Shown here: positions 20,585 through 34,245 of the stretch, piece by piece
Numbering within the stretch: position 1 is the first letter of the stretch
How the letters are laid out: each line of letters starts with the position of its first letter
Assembly (NCBI GenBank): GCA_963806225.1
Contig: CAWDXG010000004.1
Span: 2,944,001 to 3,008,000, forward strand
Reading direction: 5' to 3'
Origin: an uncultured delta proteobacterium
GTDB taxonomy: Bacteria > Myxococcota_A > Polyangia > Polyangiales > Polyangiaceae
DNA: 64,000 nt
The notes under the pieces: model-generated
The model's input: the letters and a program-made list of their open reading frames with translations, nothing else
Told to the model about the DNA's origin: nothing
Database searches by the model: none
Made by a program: the position numbers and the translations under genes

Positions 20585-21398
20585 CTACCGCCCTCCCCCT
20601 GCCGACAGGCTCCGCACGATCCGCCGCTGGAACACGAGCACGGCGACGGCGACGGGCAGCGTGGCGACGATCGCCGCGGCGAGGATCTGCCCCCACGGCA
20701 CCTGGTAGCGGCCGCTGAGCAGCGCGATGGCAACCGGCACGGTCTGCCGCTCTGGGCCGAGCGTGAAGGACAGGGCGAACAGGAACTCGTTCCAGGCGTA
20801 GACGAAGGTCAGGATGGCGGTCGTGGCGATGCCGGGCAGCGCGAGCGGCAAAACGACTTCGAACAGAGCGCGCAGGCGGCTCGCGCCGTCGATCCACGCG
20901 GCTTCTTCCAGCGCGACCGGAAGCTGGCGGAAGTAGCCGTAGAGCAACCACACCGTGAGCGGCATCGCAAAGGTGAGGTACGGCAGCACCAGTCCCGGGT
21001 AGGTGTCGATGAGGCCGACCTTGCGTAGCATCAGGTACAGCGGCGACACGATCGAGATCTGCGGGAACATGCCGATGGCGAGGATGGCCGTGGCAACGAG
21101 CTTGCGGCCGCGGAACCTGCAGGCGCGCCAGCGCGTAGGCGCAAAGCGTGCCCAGCACGACGCTGAGCAGCGTGGTGGCGCTGGCGACGACGAGCGAGTT
21201 CTTGATGGGGAGCCAGAAGCTGCGCCCGCTGAACAGGGCGCGGTAGTGCTCGAGCGAGAATCCGCGCGGAAAGAGCGACGGCGCGGAGAACAGCTCGGCT
21301 TCCGGGCGGAAGCTCGAGACCAGCGCGAAGTAGAGCGGCAGCACCAGCACGACGCCGAGCAGCACGAGGCCCGCGGCCCGGAGCGCACGCCTGTTCAC
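20585..21398 (-). CDS. Carbohydrate ABC transporter permease (MalG-type; one frameshift)
   Basis: EAA loop LEEAAWIDGAS, AWNEFLFAL; indel near 21120. Confidence 0.9.
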
Positions 21399-23623
21399 GA
21401 CTCCCCCGCTTCCGGCGCAAGCAGTCGCACGTAGCCGAGCGCCAGGCCGAACGCGATCACGAACACGATCACGCCCAGCGCCGAGCCGTAGCCGAAACGC
21501 AGGTGGTCGAGCAGTGTGTCGAAGGTGTAGAGGGCGACCGGCTCCGTCGCGGTGCCGGGGCCGCCGCCGGTCAGCACGTAGACCAGATCGAAGACGCGCA
21601 GCGCGTCGAGCGTGCGGAACACCAGCGCGACGGCGATCGCCGGGCGCAGGAGTGGCAGCGTGATGTTCCAGAGGCGCGACCACGCGCCTGCGCCATCGAT
21701 GCGCGCCGCCTCGTACAGCTGCTCGTCGATGGTCGTGAGCCCGGCCAGGAGCAGCAGCGCGACGAAGGGCGTGGTCTTCCACACGTCGGCGAGCACGAGC
21801 GGCACCCAGGCTGCGATCGGATGCGAAAGCCAGTCGATGCCGGGCAGCCCGACAAGTTCGAGAAGCTGGCTCGCGACGGCGTGGTCGGAGGCGAACATGA
21901 AGCGCCACACCAGTGCGGCCACCACCGTCGGGATCGCCCAGGGCAACAGGGCAACAGCGCGCAGCGGCCCGCGGCCGCGCACCGCGCGGGAGAGCACGAG
22001 CGCGATGCCAAGACCGAGCACCAGCTCGAGCGAGACGCTGAGCCCGGCGAACAGCGCGGTGCGCCCGAGCGCGCCCCAGAAGCGCGCGTTCGAGAGTGCG
22101 AGGGCGTAGTTGTCGAGCCCGACGAAGGGCTGGCCGCGCCACGGCAGGCGCAGATCGTGGGTGTGCAGCGACTCCCAGCCGGCCCACAAGAGCGGGAACA
22201 CCGCGACGGCGGCGATGACACCGAGCGCCGGCGCCATCAGCGGCCAGGCGAGGCGCGCGTCGCGGCCGGGTTCCGCGGCGCGCCGACGCCGCAACAGCGC
22301 GAAGACGCCGCCCGCCAGCAGCAGCAACACGAGCAGCCGCACGATCCACGTCGCGAGAGGCGGCGCGCGCGCTCCATGTCGGGCATCGTCCTGGATGCGG
22401 CGCATGTGCGCGGCGGCGTCGGCGAGCGCGGCGCGCGGCGTCTTCTGGCCGGAGAGCGCGTTGGAGAGATCGACGGAGAGCGCACCCGACAGCTCGCTCC
22501 ACAGCGGCGTGGGCGGACGCGGGCGCGCGTGATCGATGATCGCGCGCACGTCCTCCGGCGGCATGGGCAACGCGCGGGCGAGCTCCGGCGTGTCGTAGAG
22601 CGCGCGGCGCGCGGGCAGCTGGCCGGCGACGCGCGCGCGCTCCAGCATCTGCGCGGGCGCGGTGAGAAAGCGGACGAGCTGCCACGCCTCGGTGGGATGG
22701 CGTGTGTTCGCGTTGATGGCGAGCGCCGCGCCGCCGAGCGCGGCTGTCGGAGTCCCGCCCGGCGCGGCGGGCATGGGCGCCACGGCGTAGTGGCCGCGCA
22801 CGCGCGTGCTCCCCTGCCCCATCAGTGCGTAGGCATAGGGCCAGTTGCGCATCAGCGCGGCACGGCCGTTCTGGAAGGCGAAGCGGGTCTGCTCCTCGTG
22901 ATAGCCGAGCACCGCGCGCGGCGAGCCGTGGCCCACTAGATCCTTCAGGAAGGTCAGAGCGCGCACGCCAGCCCCGGAGTCGACGGTGATGCGCCCGCTG
23001 TCATCCGAAATGCGCCCGCCGTAGCCGCCGAGCACCTCCTGGAACACGGTGACGAGCCCCTCGTAGCGCGCGCCCTGCCACACGAAGCCCTGCGGGTAGC
23101 CCGTCGTCTGGGCGTGCTCGGCGTCACGGCGGAGCTCCGCAAGGCTCGCCGGCGCCGACGGAAACATGTCGGTCCGGTAGTACAGCATGCCGACGTCCAC
23201 GAACCACGGCATCGCGTACAATTTGTTGTGGTAGCGGTCTGCCTGGACTGCGGCCGGGAAGAAGTTGCGCGTGTCCGGATGGAAGCGCTCGAGCGGCAGG
23301 ATCCAGCCCGCCGCGGCAAACTCGGGCGCCCAGATCACGTCGATCGACAGCACATCGGGCGCGCTCGCTTTCGCGTTCAGCCACTGCACGTACAGCTGGT
23401 GGCGCTGATCGGCCGAGTCGGGCGTCACCTGCTCCACAACACGGATGTGCGGATGCTGCCGCATGAAGCGCGCGAGCTGGGTGTGCAGCACCTTCGCCTC
23501 GGCGCCGACGGCGCTGCCCGGGAACACCAGCGTGACGCGCTGGTCGGAAGCTGGAGCCCCGCCGCAGCCACCAATCAAGAGCAGCTGCAGGACAACCAAC
23601 CAGGCGACCGCGCCGCGCCGCAT
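21395..23623 (-). CDS. Fused sugar-binding protein + MalF-type permease
   Basis: Lipobox IGGC, family-1 SBP (DVIWAPEFA, GMLYYRTD, GARYEGL, MRNWPY), TM linker, permease with YEAARIDGAG and FDLVYVLTGGGPG. Confidence 0.9.
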   Translation of the reverse strand: MRRGAVAWLVVLQLLLIGGCGGAPASDQRVTLVFPGSAVGAEAKVLHTQLARFMRQHPHIRVVEQVTPDSADQRHQLYVQWLNAKASAPDVLSIDVIWAPEFAAAGWILPLERFHPDTRNFFPAAVQADRYHNKLYAMPWFVDVGMLYYRTDMFPSAPASLAELRRDAEHAQTTGYPQGFVWQGARYEGLVTVFQEVLGGYGGRISDDSGRITVDSGAGVRALTFLKDLVGHGSPRAVLGYHEEQTRFAFQNGRAALMRNWPYAYALMGQGSTRVRGHYAVAPMPAAPGGTPTAALGGAALAINANTRHPTEAWQLVRFLTAPAQMLERARVAGQLPARRALYDTPELARALPMPPEDVRAIIDHARPRPPTPLWSELSGALSVDLSNALSGQKTPRAALADAAAHMRRIQDDARHGARAPPLATWIVRLLVLLLLAGGVFALLRRRRAAEPGRDARLAWPLMAPALGVIAAVAVFPLLWAGWESLHTHDLRLPWRGQPFVGLDNYALALSNARFWGALGRTALFAGLSVSLELVLGLGIALVLSRAVRGRGPLRAVALLPWAIPTVVAALVWRFMFASDHAVASQLLELVGLPGIDWLSHPIAAWVPLVLADVWKTTPFVALLLLAGLTTIDEQLYEAARIDGAGAWSRLWNITLPLLRPAIAVALVFRTLDALRVFDLVYVLTGGGPGTATEPVALYTFDTLLDHLRFGYGSALGVIVFVIAFGLALGYVRLLAPEAGES

Positions 23624-23708
23624 CCCCCGAGTGTCGGCACGGCAGCGCGGGGGTCAAGCATCCTGCCAGAACTACATTCGCTATCTTGACAATCCGTACT
23701 GAAGTAGG

Positions 23709-24926
23709 GTGCAAGGATGGGAAACCCGCCGGACCTCGCACCTCCCGAGCCGACCAAAATCTACGGCAAAGACCCTAGCCGTGGTCCTGCTCGTGGTCGC
23801 ACTCGTCTGCGTGATCCTGAACACGGTGGTGTGGCTGGTCTTGATGAACACGCCGTACACGAAGCAAGAAATGTGGTTCATCCTCTTCACGGCGCTCGCC
23901 GTGATGCAGCTGTCCGCTGGCCTGGTCGCGGGGATCGCGTTCATCGTGGCCGTGCGTCGAGCGCAGGGCATCGGCACGACTCGCGGGGTCCTCGGCTCGG
24001 TGCTCGGGTTCCTGCTCGCAGTCGGCGCGCCCGTCGGCTGGGTCCTCGGTTGCGCAGCACAGGTATTGGCGGCGTTCGGATCCGGAGGCGCGTGGGGGCG
24101 GCCCTTGCGCGTGCGCGGGCGGCAGCTGCACCCGTCGCTCCGTGAAGGCAGCGACTGGACGGAGGGCGAGCGCCCCGACCCGAGCGGGCTCGACGAGGAC
24201 ACGCGCCGCGCGCTCGAAGCGCTGTGGCTGCACGACGCGCAGAAGGAGCACGCCTCCGTGCCGGCTTTCTCCCGCGTGTCGTGGCTGCTGGCGGCCGTGG
24301 GCGCGCCCGCCGAGCTGACCGAATGGACCCACCGCGCAGCGCTGGAGGAGATCGATCACACGCGTCGCTGCTTCGCGCTGGCGGCCGGTTACAGCGGCCG
24401 CTCGCATACGGTCGAGGCGATGCCCGACCTCTTGCTCGGCGGGCTCGATTGCCGCGCCGATCCGCTCGTAACGCTGGCGGTGGAGAGCCTCTCCGACGGC
24501 TGCCAGCTCGAGGACTTCAACGCCAACGTCGCCGCCGAGTGCGCGAGCGTGTGCGCGGAGCCCACAACGCGCGGCGTGCTCGAGCAGATCGCGCGCGAGG
24601 AACGCTCGCATGCGGAGCTTTCCTGGGCACTGCTCGAGTGGCTGGTGCGGGAGCGGGGGAGCCAGGTGCGTGGAACGATCGCCGAGGCGCTGGCGGACCT
24701 CGAGCGCTACCCGCGCCCGACGGCGGTCAGCAGCGAAAAGCGCCGCCTCGTCGCGCGCGCCGACCCGGAAAAGCTCCGCGCCCACGGGCGCATTCCCGAC
24801 GAACGCTGGGCGGCGCTGTGGGACGCACGGCTCATCGAAACCCGCGCCCGCGTCGGCCAGCTACTCGACGAACCGGCTCGCGGCGGCCGGCAGGACGCGG
24901 CGCAGCAGGCTGCCGCGCCGTTGTGA
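23709..24926 (+). CDS. Membrane-anchored ferritin-like (diiron) domain protein
   Basis: Three TM helices, GRPLRV, then EHASVPAF, EEIDH, DGCQLE and EERSH (two ExxH motifs). Confidence 0.8.
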   Translation: MQGWETRRTSHLPSRPKSTAKTLAVVLLVVALVCVILNTVVWLVLMNTPYTKQEMWFILFTALAVMQLSAGLVAGIAFIVAVRRAQGIGTTRGVLGSVLGFLLAVGAPVGWVLGCAAQVLAAFGSGGAWGRPLRVRGRQLHPSLREGSDWTEGERPDPSGLDEDTRRALEALWLHDAQKEHASVPAFSRVSWLLAAVGAPAELTEWTHRAALEEIDHTRRCFALAAGYSGRSHTVEAMPDLLLGGLDCRADPLVTLAVESLSDGCQLEDFNANVAAECASVCAEPTTRGVLEQIAREERSHAELSWALLEWLVRERGSQVRGTIAEALADLERYPRPTAVSSEKRRLVARADPEKLRAHGRIPDERWAALWDARLIETRARVGQLLDEPARGGRQDAAQQAAAPL

Positions 24927-24932
24927 TAGCCC

Positions 24933-28271
<3,339 letters not shown>

Positions 28272-28354
28272 GTGCTCCCGTCACTGACAGAACCCGACTG
28301 GGGCGTCCAGCCCGCCGGATGGCAGGTGGCGCACCCATCCGGCATTTTCGCGAG

Positions 28355-28711
28355 CTAGCGCCGTTTCACGAGGCGCGCGGCGGCCCCGACCACGCTGGCC
28401 CAGGTGGCGAACTGGGCGCGGGGCAGCTCGCGCCGGGTCCGGTCCATGTCCTGGTCGGGCACGTCGACGAACAGGAACGGCACCGTGCGCAGCCGCGCCT
28501 GCGTCGACATCCAGCGGGCGGTGGCGCGGCCGTGCGAGGGTGACCGTCCGCCGTCCACGATCACCAGATCGGGCCGGCTTCGGGACAGGTCGGGCTTGCA
28601 CTCGGGCCAGCGCGGCTCGACCGGCCGGACCTCGTGTCCGGCAGCGCGCAGGGCTTCGAGCTCCTGGGCTCGATCACCGCTGCTCATCATCAGAACCAGG
28701 ATGCTGGCCAT
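28355..28711 (-). CDS. Atypical single-domain response-regulator receiver
   Basis: Receiver-like pattern ILVL..AAGHEV..PDLVIVD..VPFLFV; lacks the acidic pair and conserved Lys. Confidence 0.65.
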   Translation of the reverse strand: MASILVLMMSSGDRAQELEALRAAGHEVRPVEPRWPECKPDLSRSRPDLVIVDGGRSPSHGRATARWMSTQARLRTVPFLFVDVPDQDMDRTRRELPRAQFATWASVVGAAARLVKRR

Positions 28712-28840
28712 CGCCCGGGCCGGAAACCTAGCCGCCGGAAAGCCCGCTCCACAAGCGGCGCCGGCGAGGGGGGGTGCGTCCGTTCAGGTAGACGTAGGGC
28801 GGGGCCGTGGGCCAGCATCCAGCAGCCGGTGGCGGCGCGC

Positions 28841-28869
28841 TTGACGGCGCGGGCCGCTTCCGTCATAAG
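28841..28869 (+). promoter_or_regulatory. Sigma-70-type promoter for rpmI-rplT-pheS
   Basis: TTGACG - 17 nt - CATAAG, about 95 nt upstream of rpmI. Confidence 0.65.
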
Positions 28870-28964
28870 TCCGCGCTCTCCGGCGTGCTCGCGGGTCGCG
28901 AGCCCTGCCCCGGCTCCGGGGCCATACCGGAGCCGCCCTTCCCGGGCCGCACTGGAGTGGATCC

Positions 28965-29162
28965 ATGCCCAAGATGAAGACCAATCGCGCTGCCAAGAAG
29001 CGCTTCAAGCTCACCGGAACCGGTCGCGTGCGTCGCCCCAAGTGCGGCGCGCAGCACGGTTTCATCGGCAAGTCGCGTAAGCGCCGTCGTCGCCTGCGCG
29101 ACATGGACATGGTGGCCCCCGAGTTCGAGAAGCGCATCAAGCTCCTTCTGCCGTACGGCTGA
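28965..29162 (+). CDS. rpmI: 50S ribosomal protein L35
   Basis: MPKMKTNRAAKKRFKLTGTG...LLPYG. Confidence 0.98.
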   Translation: MPKMKTNRAAKKRFKLTGTGRVRRPKCGAQHGFIGKSRKRRRRLRDMDMVAPEFEKRIKLLLPYG

Positions 29163-29186
29163 AGAGAGGCGTAGAGGAGTAGACAG

Positions 29187-29540
29187 ATGTCGCGCGTGAA
29201 GAGAGGCCCGTCGCCCCGTCGTCGTCACAAGCGCGTATTCGCGCAGACGAAAGGTTTCTGGGGTGGTCGCAAGAACCGCTATCGTCAGTCGATCCGCGTG
29301 CTGTGGAAGTCGTGGCAGTATGCCTACGTCGGCCGCAAGCTGAAGAAGCGCGATTACCGCCGGCTGTGGATCGTGCGCATCAACGCGGCCTGCCGCGAGA
29401 ATGGCACCACCTATTCGCGACTGATGGGCGCGCTGAAGAAGAGCGGCGTGGAGCTCGACCGCAAGGTGCTCGCCGACATGGCCGTCAACGACGCGGCCAC
29501 GTTCAAGCAGCTCGCCGAGCTGGCCGCCGCAACCGGCTAG
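29187..29540 (+). CDS. rplT: 50S ribosomal protein L20
   Basis: MSRVKRG..KKRDYRRLWIVRINAA..LDRKVLADMA. Confidence 0.98.
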   Translation: MSRVKRGPSPRRRHKRVFAQTKGFWGGRKNRYRQSIRVLWKSWQYAYVGRKLKKRDYRRLWIVRINAACRENGTTYSRLMGALKKSGVELDRKVLADMAVNDAATFKQLAELAAATG

Positions 29541-29549
29541 CCTCGGGCC

Positions 29550-30626
29550 GTGTCCGATCCCGCGCAGCAGATCGAAGCGGGCCTCGCCGCCCTCGGCCAG
29601 CGCTTCCGCGAGCGTTTCGCCGCGGCGGAAAGCGAGCCCGATCTGCGCGCAGCCCGCGCCGCGGTGCTGGGCAAGAAGGGGGAGCTGACCAGCCTGCTCA
29701 AGCTGATGGGCAAGGTCGGCGCCGACCAGCGCCGCGCCATCGGCGAGAAGGTGAACGCGGTGAAAGGGGACGTGGAGGCGGCGTTCGAGGCGCGGCTCGC
29801 CGAGCTCGCCCGCGCCGAGCGCGAAGCCGACCTGAACGCGCGCCCGTTCGACCTGACACTGCCGGGGCGCGCCCCGGTGCCGCGCGGGCACCTGCATCCG
29901 TTCACCCAGGTGAAGTGGGAGGTGCTCGACATCTTCCGTTCGCTCGGCTTCGAGATCGCGTGGGGCCCGGAAGTCGAGCTGGAAGAGAACAACTTCACCA
30001 AGCTCGCCTTCCCGCCCGACCATCCCGCGACCGACATGCAGGACACCTTCTGGGTGAAGGTGGAAGGCGGCAAGCCGGACGCGCGCGTGCTCCTCCGCAC
30101 GCACACCAGCAACGTGCAGGTGCGCGAGATGAGCACGCACGAGCCGCCGATGGCGATCGTCAGCGGCGGCACGGTGTATCGCCGGGACGACGACGTGACG
30201 CACTCGCCCATGTTCCACCAGATCGAGGGTTTCCTCGTCGACGAGAACGTGAGCTTCGCGCACCTCAAGGGCGTCTTGACGGCATTCGCGGAGCGGCTCT
30301 ACGGCGCAGGCACGCCGGTGCGCTTCCGCCCGAGCTACTTCCCGTTCGTGGAGCCGGGCGCGGAACTGGACGTGGGCTGCGTCTTCTGCAAGCCGGACGA
30401 CGGCTCGCGCGCGAGCTGCCGGGTGTGCAAGGGCACCGGTTGGCTCGAGATCCTCGGCTGCGGCATGGTGCACCCGGACGTGTTCGTGCACTGCGGCATC
30501 GATCCAGAGAAGTACACGGGCTTCGCCTTCGGCATGGGCGTGGAGCGCGTGGCGATGCTCCGCTACGGCATCCCCGACATCCGCGTGCCCTTCGAGAACG
30601 ATCCGCGATTTCTCGCGCAGTTCTAG
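29550..30626 (+). CDS. pheS: Phenylalanine-tRNA ligase alpha subunit
   Basis: GHLHP, HPATDMQDTF, LRTHTS, HSPMFHQIEG, RPSYFPFVEP, GFAFGMGVER. Confidence 0.98.
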   Translation: MSDPAQQIEAGLAALGQRFRERFAAAESEPDLRAARAAVLGKKGELTSLLKLMGKVGADQRRAIGEKVNAVKGDVEAAFEARLAELARAEREADLNARPFDLTLPGRAPVPRGHLHPFTQVKWEVLDIFRSLGFEIAWGPEVELEENNFTKLAFPPDHPATDMQDTFWVKVEGGKPDARVLLRTHTSNVQVREMSTHEPPMAIVSGGTVYRRDDDVTHSPMFHQIEGFLVDENVSFAHLKGVLTAFAERLYGAGTPVRFRPSYFPFVEPGAELDVGCVFCKPDDGSRASCRVCKGTGWLEILGCGMVHPDVFVHCGIDPEKYTGFAFGMGVERVAMLRYGIPDIRVPFENDPRFLAQF

Positions 30627-32296
30627 AGCCCGATCGTCACCACGCGATCGGCGACCGCCGCCACTTCCTGGCGGTGCGTCACGACGATCGCGCTGCGCTG
30701 TCCCTTGAGCCACGTCAGCACTTCGAGCACTCGCTTCTCGGCCGCGGCGTCGAGGCCCTCCGTGGGTTCGTCGAGCAGGAGCACGGGGAGACCCGTAGCG
30801 AGGGCGCGGGCGATCGAGACGAGGCGGCGCTCGCCGCCGGACAGGGCGCGGCCTCCGGGGCCGAGCGTGGTGTTGCCGAGCGATGCGAGCAGCGCGCCGG
30901 CGCCGATCTGTTCGAGTGCGGCGCGCGCGGTCTTCTCGTCGCCGCCGCACAGGGTGACGTTGTCGAGCAGCGTGCCGGTCACGAGCGGCGCGTCCTGCGG
31001 CACCCAGGCGAACGGGCGCGCGTCGGGGCCGACCGCGGCGTGCGTGATGTCGTCGTCCGCGTAGCCGACGCTTCCGCGCGCGTGCTCGAGCCCCAGCAGC
31101 GTGCGCAGGAGCGTTGTCTTGCCGCTGCCGGTCGGGCCCATCAGGCTCACCATCTCGCCCGGCTCGAGGTGCAGGCTCGTCTCCGGGCCGTGCGTGCCAG
31201 CGCCGAAGTCGCGGAGAGATAGCTGCGACACCGCCTGCGGCCTGCGTGCAGGCGCCGTTGCCCCGGCCTGCTCGAGCCCGACCGGCGCCGGCAGCAGATT
31301 GCCGCCGAGCAGCTCATCAAGGCGCTCCAGCGCCACCGCGCCACGCAGCGTCCACGCGCGCGCGTCGCCCAGATCGCGCAACGGCTTGTACGCCATGAAG
31401 AACACCGCCGCGAACGCCACGAGCCGTCCGTCGCCAAGTGGAAAGCCGAGCCGCGCCGCTATCGCGATCCCGCCGAGCAGAGCGAGCGCGCCAAGCACCT
31501 CGTTCGAGCCGCTCAGGGCGGCGCGCCCGGCGTCCACGCGCGCCGCCGCCCGGGCTGCACGCTCACCGCTCGACGCGACTTCCTGCTCGATGGCCCGGCC
31601 CGCGCCGTAGGAACGCCACAGGTCCAGGTTCTTGATCAGGTCGTCCACGCCGCTGTGCAGCTGTTCGACCAGCCCCTGCGCCTCGGCGCTGGCCGCGCGC
31701 CAGCGCCGCCGCAGCATCGAGATCCCGACGGCGAAAGGAGCCAGTGCCAGAATGCCCAGTAGAGCCAGGGGGGCTGACACGAAGATCAGGGCCAGGACCA
31801 GTGGCACCAGCTGTGCCGCCGCCCGGATGCCGACCAGCACGCCCGAAACACTCGCTCCCTCGACCTCGCGGATCCGCACCGCAATAGTTGCGAGGACCCT
31901 GGGCGGAGAGTCATGCAGGCCGCGCTCGAGCAGGCGCCGCGTGGCCCGCCCCCGGAGCGAGCAGCCGACGAGCCCACCCGCCAGAGCCTCGGAAAATGCA
32001 AGGAAAGTCGACGAGAAGGCCTTGACGAGCGTGGCGGCCAGCCCCAGGTAGCAAACGGTAGTTAGCGACCAGCCCCAGGGCCCGATCCCCGCCGCTCCCG
32101 CCGAGTGCGCCAGGGCCCGTCCGAGCAGCCCGGCAGCGAATGCGGTTGCGCCGTGGGCGATCGCATACGCACCGATACTCGCCGCAAGACCGGCAAGGAG
32201 GCGACGGTTTCCCAGCAGCTCCCGCAGGATGGTCCCGAAAAAGGCCCTGTTTTCCGGCCGTTCGTGGACCGCAGATACCAACCGTCCGGCCGGCAT
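30623..32296 (-). CDS. ABC exporter (TMD + ATPase)
   Basis: Six TM-like segments, Walker A GPTGSGKT, LSGGE, LLLDEPT; start uncertain. Confidence 0.88.
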   Translation of the reverse strand: MPAGRLVSAVHERPENRAFFGTILRELLGNRRLLAGLAASIGAYAIAHGATAFAAGLLGRALAHSAGAAGIGPWGWSLTTVCYLGLAATLVKAFSSTFLAFSEALAGGLVGCSLRGRATRRLLERGLHDSPPRVLATIAVRIREVEGASVSGVLVGIRAAAQLVPLVLALIFVSAPLALLGILALAPFAVGISMLRRRWRAASAEAQGLVEQLHSGVDDLIKNLDLWRSYGAGRAIEQEVASSGERAARAAARVDAGRAALSGSNEVLGALALLGGIAIAARLGFPLGDGRLVAFAAVFFMAYKPLRDLGDARAWTLRGAVALERLDELLGGNLLPAPVGLEQAGATAPARRPQAVSQLSLRDFGAGTHGPETSLHLEPGEMVSLMGPTGSGKTTLLRTLLGLEHARGSVGYADDDITHAAVGPDARPFAWVPQDAPLVTGTLLDNVTLCGGDEKTARAALEQIGAGALLASLGNTTLGPGGRALSGGERRLVSIARALATGLPVLLLDEPTEGLDAAAEKRVLEVLTWLKGQRSAIVVTHRQEVAAVADRVVTIGL

Positions 32297-32792
32297 GTCC
32301 GCTTCTGGACGGGGGGTGTGGATCCCGACGGGGGTTGCGACCGTATCCATTGGAGAGGCCGGCGTCACGTCGGTCGTTCCAGGTGACCGGACTTCACCGA
32401 CAGCAGGTTCTTGGCCCGGAGCGCGCAGCATCGAGCCGCCAGCGTAGCGCTTGCCCTTGGGAGTCCAAGCCCCTCTTTCCCCCGACTTCCCCAACCTCGA
32501 ACGGGAATAACGGCACACATATTGCACGTTTACGAGTCACCTGCAGTAGCCACATCGGAACCCGGAGGAGCCTCGCCTCGAGTCCACCAAGGAATCGCCA
32601 CGCTTCGTGTCCGACCCTCTTGGCCGAGGCTGTTTCCAGAAATCCAGAAACACAGCATCGAGCCACCACGCCCCCGGCGCGCGAGCCAGGGAATCAAGCC
32701 TCCGGCCCGGTAGTTGCCTCGACCCAGTCCGTGCCTCCGGCATGGAGTCTGAAGACCCGCCCGAGATCCCGCATCCCACCCCATCGGTAACC

Positions 32793-34175
32793 ATGTCCCA
32801 GAAGCGCCAAGCCATCGCCCCGATCCCGCAGACGGACGCCACGGACGACTCGTCCGAGCAGACATCGGTGCGCATCAAGCGCGCCGATGTGCTTGCTGCT
32901 GCAAAGGCTGCCGAACCCCGTCGCGACACCCAGAGTGCGCCCGCCGAGCGGCCCGCCGGGCAAGAAGGCCGAAGTGGACAGCGCCTCGGACTCGATGCTG
33001 TCGCGGTACTTCCGCGACATGGCAACGCACCAGGTCATGGGCCCCGACGAGGAGCTGCAGGCCGCACAGAGCGTCGAGCAGGCCGAGGTCGATCACTGGG
33101 TCGCGCTGCTTGTCGTATCTGCCCGCCGCGGACTACGTGCTGGAGCAGCTCGAGAGCGACCTCGGTTCGCTCAACGAGGACGACCGTCCCGACATGTCGA
33201 ACGATCGCGGAGCTTCGCAAACTGCTCAAGGTGTATCGCAAGCAGCGCTCGAAACTGCTCGCGCACCAGACGCGCCTCTGGGAAGAGCTGTGCGCCAGCC
33301 TCGCGCGCGACGTGCGCCTGCCCGACTCCGATCGCATCTGGGTGGCCAACGCCAACCGCGTGGCGCGCGAGCTAGTCAATCCGTCGGAGGGCGGCGAGCG
33401 CCCGACGCTGCCCGAGAGCGCAGCATACAAGCGGTTCATCACGCGGGTGAAGCGCACCGACACCCGTCAGCGCTTCGCCAAGAACCGCTTCGTCAAGGCG
33501 AACCTCCGCCTCGTGGTGAGCATCGCGCGCCGCTACAACCGCGGGCGCCTGCCGCTCATCGACCTGATCCAGGAAGGCAACATCGGCCTGATGAAGGCGG
33601 TGGAGCGCTTCGACCACACGCGCGGCTATCGCTTCAGCACCTACGCCTCGTGGTGGATCCGTCACGCCATCAGCCGTGCGCTCGCGGACAAGGGACGCGC
33701 CGTGCGTATCCCGGTCCACATGCTGGACACGTACAACCGCGTTTCGCGTGCGACGCAGACGATCATCGCGCGCACCGGCCGTGAGCCGACCCTCGACGAG
33801 CTCGAGAAGGAGACCGGCGTCCCCAAGGAGAAGCTGGACAAGGTCAAGGATCTGTACGCCGACACCCCGTTCTCCCTCGATCGCCCGGTCGGTGACGAGG
33901 ACGGCCGGCGCTTCATCGACTTCCTGGTGGAAGAGAACTCGCTGTCGCCGTACGACAACCTCGCGAACCAGAAGTGGGCCGAGGAGGTGCAGCGCCTGCT
34001 CAGCACGCTGACGCCCATCGAGTCGCGCATCATCCGCTGGCGCTTCGGCCTCGACAACGAGGACGAGCTCACGCTCAAGGAGATCGGCGACAAGTACAAC
34101 CTGTCGCGCGAGCGCATCCGCCAGCTGCAGGAGCAGGCGATCGGGAAGATCAGAAAGCAGATGCGCGAGTTCTGA
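32793..34175 (+). CDS. RpoD-like sigma-70 family factor (frameshifted)
   Basis: Region 1.2 [65 protein letters not shown]; indels near 32960, 33110 and 33200. Confidence 0.92.
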   Translation: MSQKRQAIAPIPQTDATDDSSEQTSVRIKRADVLAAAKAAEPRRDTQSAPAERPAGQEGRSGQRLGLDAVAVLPRHGNAPGHGPRRGAAGRTERRAGRGRSLGRAACRICPPRTTCWSSSRATSVRSTRTTVPTCRTIAELRKLLKVYRKQRSKLLAHQTRLWEELCASLARDVRLPDSDRIWVANANRVARELVNPSEGGERPTLPESAAYKRFITRVKRTDTRQRFAKNRFVKANLRLVVSIARRYNRGRLPLIDLIQEGNIGLMKAVERFDHTRGYRFSTYASWWIRHAISRALADKGRAVRIPVHMLDTYNRVSRATQTIIARTGREPTLDELEKETGVPKEKLDKVKDLYADTPFSLDRPVGDEDGRRFIDFLVEENSLSPYDNLANQKWAEEVQRLLSTLTPIESRIIRWRFGLDNEDELTLKEIGDKYNLSRERIRQLQEQAIGKIRKQMREF

Positions 34176-34208
34176 TCGGCCGGATCTGTACCCATCGGGT
34201 ACAGACGT

Positions 34209-34245
34209 GAAGGGCCGCGGCATGCCGCGGCCCTTCGTCGTTTGT
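34209..34245 (+). terminator. Likely intrinsic terminator after the sigma factor
   Basis: Perfect 28-bp palindrome gaagggccgcggcatgccgcggcccttc followed by gtcgtttgt; a second hairpin (tctgtaccc/gggtacaga) lies just upstream. Confidence 0.7.

Noticed and set aside
23686..23691. Perfect TTGACA upstream of the ferritin-like gene
   Set aside because: No convincing -10 box at 16-18 nt spacing
30375..30445. CxxC..CxxC motif in PheS
   Set aside because: Common zinc-finger-like insert in many bacterial PheS proteins
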